Made by a program: the position numbers and the translations under genes
In this document: positions 22,428-29,101 of the stretch, piece after piece
How the letters are laid out: every line of letters begins with the position of its first letter
Position numbering within the stretch: the first letter of the stretch is position 1
The notes under the pieces: generated by a model
The model's input: only the letters and a program-made list of their open reading frames with translations
Databases searched by the model: none
What the model was told of the DNA's origin: nothing
From: Chiloscyllium plagiosum
Taxonomy: Eukaryota
Assembly: GCF_004010195.1 (NCBI RefSeq)
Contig: NC_057756.1
Span: 8,220,676 to 8,249,776, forward strand
Length of the DNA stretch: 29,101 nt
Direction of reading: 5' to 3'

Positions 22428-23173
22428 TAGAAAATTCATATGCCACTACTTCAAAATTCAAAATTCTAATTTCAAAATAAATGACATTTAAACATATATA
22501 ATCACACACCATATATGGCATTGCTTCTACGTAACTGATTCTGTACAGTTTTCTTTTGCCTTAGAGTGTAGAGACAAATCAATGAATCTTTTCCAAATCT
22601 GCCAAGGTGAACTTTTATATGCCTTTGAGAGTCAACGCATTCTCAATTCCAATAACCTGCAATTTTCTGGTCTGGCCGAACTCCACCACATTTAAAACCT
22701 TTACAATCTACTGTGAAGGTAACTTATTCCCAGAACTGCCTGAATCCTTCTTCGAGGAGAGAAACTATATTGACCTCTGAACTCATTACTGGTGTATGAT
22801 GAACTGAATTTAAAACAACAAATTGTTGCTAAGATAAATTTAAAACAACAGCTGATCACACCTTCACTTTACCTGAAAACAAACCTAATGAACTTACTAA
22901 TTTATCCAACCTATCGTAAACCCAAGGTATATACATCGTATTCCATTAAAACCTCAGGGCTTTGCAGTCCTCTGCAATTTGATACATACCAGATTAGGTC
23001 ACTGTTTCAGGAGGACTCGCTGACCATGTTTTTCCTCGGAAATCCTCTCACAAAAGTCACCAACATATATAGGTATATGCCACTATTTTGAAATCTAAAC
23101 TCCAAAATGATATGAATATATGTAAATTTATAACTTTTTTTTTTAATCAGACCAACACCTTGGGGTTAAAATA

Positions 23174-23262
23174 GACAAACAGGAGGCTCGAAGAACACAG
23201 CAAGGCAGGCAGATTCAGGAGGTGGAGAAATCAACGTTTCAGGTTGACACCCTTCATCTGCA
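23174..23262 (-). mobile_element. Penelope-like terminal fragment, variant family, with mutated hammerhead core
   Basis: Minus strand reads cagatga-a-gggt-gtca-acct-gaaacgttgatttctcc...tgcctgccttgctgtgttcttc, homologous to family A. Confidence 0.7.
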
Positions 23263-24029
23263 ATTTTTTTGGTCTCAGCACCTTGGACTTGATGGTGCTT
23301 GGAGCCCAAATTCTGGTTGTGCTTCTCCAGATTGTTGGTGACCACCTTGCAAATGGCATCGACAAGGAGAGGATAGAAAAGGAAATTTTCACAAATCCAG
23401 CTGGGATGGTTTGACCCCAGGGGCCTTACCTGCAAGCTTCATACCGCACTCTCATTAGCACAGTCTCTCATCCAGGGAAAGCCCTTCCCACTATTCCTTG
23501 GCTGAACAAACGAGAGTCTTGCTGAGGACAGATGTAGGAATACCAAGCTTCAAAGGGAACACCAACTTATACTGGATGAGAAACAAGGGGCTGATAGGTT
23601 GGCAAGTGAATTCCTAATGTTTGAAATTTAGTCATGGAGCATACACCAGGGAACAGTAATATTTTTGGTTCAAGAAGGGAATGTGTTACCTCCTCCTACC
23701 CTCACAGACCCTACCACTCATGCACCCGTCTCTCACAACTCCTTACCCCTTTCTCCTCATCGGCACCCCATACACCACCCACCCTGTCAGCCCCCTTCTC
23801 AACAGCACATGTCCCCACACCCATTACCCTTGGCACCCTCCTCTTTCCTGCTCCTTGACATTCCCTCCGCCCTCCCTGTCAGGTCCCTTCCTCCTTATCT
23901 CCCTCATCCTCAGTCCCTTCCTCTGCCCCATCCTTCACATCCACCTTCCCCACCCTCACCACCTCCCCCACACCCTGCACCCTCACCACCTCCGCCCTCC
24001 CCCACACCCTCCTCCTCCTCCCCTTCTCT

Positions 24030-24300
24030 CGGGTCAATGGGAACTCTCTCCGGCGGGAAAGAAAACTCCGCCCAAGGGGGGGGCGTGGCCGTGTGTAAGG
24101 GGCGGGGTGTAAGGAGAGGGTGACGGTTGGCTTCCCGCGCACGCGCGCCCAGCGGCCTGTCGCGCGGCAGGTTCGAACTTTCCCGCCCAGCCCCATCACC
24201 AACCGTCCCCGGAATGGCCCCTTGGCGCCAACGGCGGGACGGGTTTCCTCAGCAAACTCCGAATGAGGGTCAACCCAATCCCAATAGAGATTGAAAAGCC
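24030..24300. promoter_or_regulatory. CpG-rich promoter-like island with GC boxes, E2F, NRF1 and CCAAT motifs
   Basis: The only CpG-dense non-repeat stretch in the window. GC boxes at 24066-24073, 24080-24089 and 24099-24107; E2F-like sites at 24052-24060, 24179-24187 and 24222-24231; NRF1-like site at 24136-24147; CCAAT at 24275 and 24281. Confidence 0.75.
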
Positions 24301-24597
24301 AAAATGTGCCTCCATCCACTCACCCTCCTCAGTTATCAGCATGTTGATGATATTGGCATTGACCAGAGGGCCAGAGATGTGAAATTTTCTTGGGCATGGC
24401 CGAGGGTCTTGAGCTCAGTCATGCTCAGTGACCAATGGGAGTAGCAGGAGAGCTTGGATTGGCACAGGTCAACTAGAGTTGGCAACTTGGTACCTGCTGA
24501 ATGGGATGGTGAGGCCATTGTACTTTTATCCTTAAGGCCCAACCAGATCCTTCGAGGGGAGCACAGTCATTTGAGGGAAACTTGAAATAATTCAGAA

Positions 24598-24780
24598 ATG
24601 AACTTCCAGAGGAAGTTGTGGATGTGGGTAGAAGTGCAATGTTTAAAAGACACTTCAAAGATACGTGAATAAGGAAGGTTTGGTGGGATATGGGCCAGCA
24701 GCAGACAGGTGGGACTAGTCAAGTTTGGGATTGTGTTCGACATGGACCAAAGGGTCTGCTTCTGTGCTCTATGACTCAAT
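24598..24780 (+). mobile_element. CR1 LINE short 3' end
   Basis: NELPEEVVDV...FKRH frame and ctctatgactc tail. Confidence 0.85.
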
Positions 24781-24785
24781 GACTT

Positions 24786-25096
24786 GGTGGCTCAGTGGTT
24801 AGCACTGCTGCCTCACAGCGCCAGGGTCCCAGGTTTGATTCCAGCCTTGGGCGACTGTCTGTGTGGAGTTTGCACATTCTCCCCGTGTCTGCGTGGGTTT
24901 CCTCCGGGTGCTCCGGTTTCCTCCCACTGTCACAAAGATGTGCTGGTCAGGTGAATTGGCCATGCTAAATTGCCCATAGTGTTAGGTGCATTAGTCAGAG
25001 GGAAATGGGTCTGAGCGGGTTACTCTTCAGAGGGTCGGTGTGGACTTGTTGGGCTGAAGGGCCTGTTTCCACACTGCAGGGAATCTAATCTAATCT
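24786..25096 (+). mobile_element. HE1-type V-SINE, well preserved
   Basis: A box tggctcagtgg, B box ggtttgattcc, V-domain gtttgcacattctccccgtgtctgcgtgggtttcctccgggtgctccggtttcctcccac and (aatct)3 tail. Confidence 0.93.
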
Positions 25097-25129
25097 AGAC
25101 TCTCCAAGTGGGAGCTGAATAGATTCAGT

Positions 25130-26265
25130 GTAAGTTTCAATAAAGGTGGAGGAAATAATGGGACTGAAGCTGGTAAACTGTTCTGGTTCTGATGGTTTCC
25201 AGCTCCGTGTACCTTGAGGAACCAATGAGGAAATGATGGAATAATCAAATTCTTCAAAAATGTTCTTCATTCAGGAATTGCCACTTTAGATTTGGAAAAC
25301 AACCAACACCACTGAAAGGTTTGAAAGAATGGTCTGATTATGGGTGAGTCACCCATAGCTATAGTTGGAGTTGTTAATCTTCCTTTCTGGCTTTCAACAA
25401 ACCTCCCTAAGTCCGTGCCACAGTGTTATCCAACCATCTGATTTTTCTTCTCTCTCTTCTGCTTTTAATCCCAATGTCTCCTTCAGTTATTGGCCCTGTT
25501 GTTCCCTGAACTTCCATTCTTGATTTAAGAGTGCAGAGGGATCAGTTTGAAATGATTAATCTGGTTATGAACAGTCTCTCTGGTGCCATGGCAAAAAATC
25601 AGTTACTGGGAATTGAGTGACTGGGAACTTTGGAGAAATCTGAGATGACCAGAGGGAATCAGCATACATTTGTAAAAGGCATACCTTAAACAATGAACAA
25701 TGTTCATTGTCTTGAGCAGCATTACAAATATGGATGATAAAGGATAACTCATCATTTTCACATTTATGGATTTCCAGAAGGCGCTGAATTTGGTTCCACT
25801 TGAGAGACTGTTAGCAAAATGGAAAGCCCAAGAAAATGGAGATAACTTCCTGATGTGTGTAGAGGTGTGGTTAGGAGGGAGGAAGCAGAAATTGGGGATA
25901 ATGGACTGGGATGAAGTGGGAGCAAGAAATACGAGAAGCAGCTGCCTCTCTCAAGACAACATGCCCAACATCAAGGCCCTCGTCATTCAGACTCCCAGAA
26001 CGACAGCTCCACTGGGAACTCAGTCCCTGCCTGAGGTCCCCAGGTGAACAGTGGAAACACTGATGGATATGTGGGTCAATAGGTCTCCAGCTCCTGATGA
26101 CCTTTATTCCACAGTCTTAAAGGAGGTGCAAATGAGATAGTAGTGTAATGGTGTTAATTTCCAAAGTTCACTAGATTCTGGAAAGGTTCCACCTGGCTGG
26201 AAAGTAGCAAATATGACACCTGTATTCAAGAAGAGAGGGAGGCTGGGAATAGGAAACTATCAACG
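25130..26265 (+). mobile_element. Several old CR1 ORF2 fragments (about 25130-25330, 25620-25910 and 26050-26265)
   Basis: IMGLKLVNCSGSDGFQLRV; YMDFQKALNLVPLERLL...WLGGRKQK; FQSSLDSGKVPPGWKVANMTPVFKKRG...GNY. Confidence 0.8.
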
Positions 26266-26516
26266 GGTGAGTACTGAGAAAGTGCTGCACTGTCAAGTGT
26301 CAGTACTGGAAATGGTGCCATCTCACAGGGTCAGTACAGAGGACATACTGCACTGTCAGAGGGTCAGTACTAAGGGAGTACAGCAATGTCGGAAAGGCTA
26401 CTGTCAGAAGGTCAACACTGAGTTAGCACTACACTGTTGAAGGGTCAGTGAAGGTGTGCTGTAGTCAGAGGGTCATTACTGAGAGAGTGGTATATTGTTT
26501 GAGAGAGTGCTGCAGT
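26264..26516 (+). repeat. Degenerate copy of the 33-bp minisatellite found at 1-1485
   Basis: About 7-8 diverged units such as gggtcagtactaagggagt and ctgcactgtcagagggtcagtac. Confidence 0.9.
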
Positions 26517-27464
26517 GGACTTAACTGTTTCATTCTCAATGTATGCATTGCGTCTTCAATATTACTAGATTCTAAATTGTAAACTTGATTTGAGTGTATT
26601 TCTACTCGTAGTCTTTAATGACAATGATCTTGTGTTAGTGTGAGAAAAGATTTGCTAACCCACGATAGGCCCACAAAAGCAAATTGGCCAAATTGTACCA
26701 GCACACCCAGAATTCCCCAAGCAGCTTATAAACTGGGTCAAACAGCACACAGACAATGGAATACACTTTAAGCTCCCATGGACATGATAGAGATCTCAAA
26801 GCCCTAAGGGCAGTTTCACAACCCAGCAATACCAAAGCCACACAAAGAGCAGGACAGACAGACAGGCACCACAGGACAATGGAAGCACCTCACCACTCCA
26901 GAAAAGACTTTAACACTTACCTGTGGAGATGAATGGAACCGTGATACTGTCAGGATATTGCATTGTGTGAAGGAACAGGACTTTCAGCTGATAAACTGTT
27001 TTCCAATTAGCATCCTTGCAACTAAATTACTCCATTTCTAGAAACATTGTAGTTTCCCATTTCTTAATCAGTGTCATTCTGCAGCATTACTATAAAACTG
27101 GTCTCATCCTCAGCTCTGGAAGGAGACATCTGAGCTACCTGTGCAGACTGTCAGCCTGGGTCAATTTCTCCTCCAGCGATACCGCTTGCAATAAACTGTT
27201 TGTCAATTTCACTTCGAGCTGTGTTTTGTGATCTCTAACCTATCTGGCAAATTTCTTCAACAGTTAGTTTAGCCATCACTATTTCATAGCATTTAATGCC
27301 CACCATGGATGAATTCAAGGTCATCATTAGACTTTTAATTCTGGATTCTTAAAAAAAATCAGATGCCATCATCTGCCATGGCAAGATTTAAACTCAGGCC
27401 CCCAGAACATTTTCTGTGTTTCTGGGTTCCAGTGATAGCACCACTAGGCCATTTCATCCTCAGA

Positions 27465-27596
27465 AGAAAGTGAGGACAGCAGATGCTGGAGATCAGAGTT
27501 AAGAGTGTGTGCTGGAAAAGCACAGCAGGTCAAGCAGCATCCGAGGAGCAGGAGAATCAACATTTCGGGCAAAAGCCCTTCATCAGGAAACTTTAT
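27465..27596 (-). mobile_element. Penelope family A terminal fragment with 15-bp target-site duplication and intact CUGAUGA/GAAA hammerhead core
   Basis: catttcatcctcaga at 27450-27464 and 27597-27611; minus strand reads ttcCTGATGAa-gggc-tttt-gccc-GAAAtgttgattc at 27555-27589. Confidence 0.9.
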
Positions 27597-27764
27597 CATT
27601 TCATCCTCAGACCAATTTGGTTATGGTCCTGCACTGTTCAGTAAAACCCAGTTCAATGGTTCTGTAAAAGCTACCAATTTGATTACATGTTGAGGTTTAC
27701 CCACAATGTGGCAAGAATGGTATGATTTTAAAAAGACATCTCCATAAATATGAGCAAAATTCAT

Positions 27765-27910
27765 GGGTCGTGATCACATGGCCTTTTGTGGGACCTTACT
27801 GTGTGTCAATCATACAGTACAACAGTGGCTGCACTTCAAAACTACTTAATTCACTGTGAAGCACTTCATGTCCTGCAGTGGTGCAAGGTACTAGAGAAAT
27901 GTAAGTCTGC
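27765..27910 (+). mobile_element. DeuSINE-like (AmnSINE1/SacSINE1-type) 3' remnant
   Basis: tgtgggaccttactgtgtg...acaacagtggctgcacttcaaa...ctgtgaagcactt...aaatgtaagtct resembles the AmnSINE1-type 3' half, recognised from memory. Confidence 0.55.
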
Positions 27911-28379
27911 CTTTGTTAGAATTGGAGCAGTGGAATGTGAAATTAGGACTGGTGGATAAAAGTTTGATCAAAGAGTTTGCGTTTTTGGAGCATCTTAAAG
28001 GAGGAGAGAGCGAAACAGCAAATTTAAGGAAGTGAAGGGTTCTTTTTAGAGGGGAAGGGTGTGGATGGAAGACTTGACAGAGAGAGGACCATCACCTTGT
28101 TGGCTGACATGAGAGCTGGCAGGGGATGTTGGTGATCAATGTTCAGTGGAAACTGGATAGAGGGAAAAGGAGGCGGATCTCATGGACAAGGAGAGAAACT
28201 AGGGAGACATGAGAGTTCTTGGCTAGGACAGAAGGAACATTGACAAATGGACAAGTGGAAGGACAGGAACTGGCACAGGGTTGAATGTGTTTGTCCAGCC
28301 CTGGTAGAAGTTTGATCAAGATCGAAAGCCATTAACAATCGCAACAGGAAGAAGAATGACAAGAAGTTAGGATTCTGGG

Positions 28380-28477
28380 TAATCCAAGATGGAGAACAGG
28401 TGGATAATCCAAGATAGAGGACAGGTAGGTAATTCAAGATGGAGAACAGGGTGGATAATCCAAGATGGAGGATGGGA
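28380..28477. repeat. Four tandem 25-26-bp units (taatccaagatggagaacaggtgga)
   Basis: Units start at 28380, 28405, 28430 and 28456. Confidence 0.9.
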
Positions 28478-28479
28478 AA

Positions 28480-29101
28480 AATTTCTGGCTGGAAGAGCTG
28501 CTCCTTTTTTTGAGGTATTTTAGATGTTGGAGGTGATTTTCTCGAATTCCAGGAGCACCAATTACTGTTTTATATGCTGTTGCATTGTTTTGGAACTTTG
28601 GAAAAAAAAGTCAAAACAACAGCAGTTTAAAAGGAAGGGGGACAGACAAAGGAAGCACTTGGTGATGACAGTGCAGGAGAGAGAGAGAGAACCTGCACAG
28701 TTACCGCCTTTGCTGTTTGAATTCGTGTATCGCTGGACATCGGAGTGCATCTGGGAAAATTAACAAACAGTGAAATTCACAACTAATCTTGGAGGAACAG
28801 TTGGACGAAGTCCACAGCACAGAATCAGATAAGTTAATTGTTGTTTTAAGTCTGTCCAATAGAAAGGCTGCAGTAGTGGGTACAGTGGATTCTTTCTTGA
28901 TTATATGTTTTTGGAGATAAGTCTCTTGATTAAACTTAAAATATAAGCCATAGCTATTAATTTAACCTGGGGCAGTGTTTGTAGAGGAATAAGACGGTGT
29001 TATTTTCTGGGTCTGTAGATTGTGAAGGAGCAAAAATGGCCTTTGCAGTGATTTGTACTTCTTGTCAGATGTGGGAGTTTAAAGAGAGTTTAAGGGTTAC
29101 T
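28480..29101 (+). mobile_element. CR1 LINE 5' UTR and start of ORF1 (ATG 29036), truncated by the window edge
   Basis: 29036-29101 encodes MAFAVICTSCQMWEFKESLRVT; CxxCxMW is the first half of the CR1 ORF1 N-terminal zinc finger. The 5' boundary is approximate. Confidence 0.72.

Noticed and set aside
23634..24319. Pro/His-rich and Gly/Arg-rich ORFs
   Set aside because: By-products of the low-complexity C-rich tract and the GC-rich island; no recognisable domain.
24345..24400. Faint resemblance to 18S rRNA (agagatgtgaaattttcttgg) or a C/D snoRNA (ttgatga)
   Set aside because: The match is short and gapped with no flanking rRNA similarity, and there is no suitably placed D box or terminal stem.
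24786..24860. tRNA gene
   Set aside because: The A and B boxes are the head of a V-SINE that continues into the V-domain and tail.
26921..26963. Possible minus-strand leader exon MQYPDSITVPFIST with donor CAG/gtaagt
   Set aside because: The donor is strong but the peptide is a poor signal sequence and no downstream partner exon was found.

Overview
This is vertebrate genomic DNA, most likely from a shark; that is an inference from HE1-type V-SINEs, dense CR1 and Penelope families and a two-exon GPR139-like GPCR. Most of the window is retroelement debris (CR1, L2, Penelope, SINEs, one candidate solo LTR) and minisatellites, and most ORFs in the track are artefacts of these. Manual splicing recovers two genes that the ORF track misses or mis-models. 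(1) The last three exons of a + strand single-pass receptor (3054-3174, 4778-4907, 5852-5968) ending in tyrosine motifs YENY and LVYTNI. (2) A - strand GPR139-like GPCR (exon 1 13263-13194, exon 2 8824-7769) disrupted by a frameshift and a 152-bp internal duplication. Other notable items: several Penelope terminal fragments carrying minimal hammerhead-ribozyme cores, three of them as inverted fold-back pairs and two with clear target-site duplications; an orphan CpG-rich promoter-like island dense in E2F, Sp1, NRF1 and CCAAT motifs (about 24030-24300); a 99-bp (3x33) higher-order satellite; and the 5' end with ORF1 start of a possibly full-length CR1 at the right edge. I found no convincing wholly new system. 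All family assignments are from recognition by eye, without database searches.
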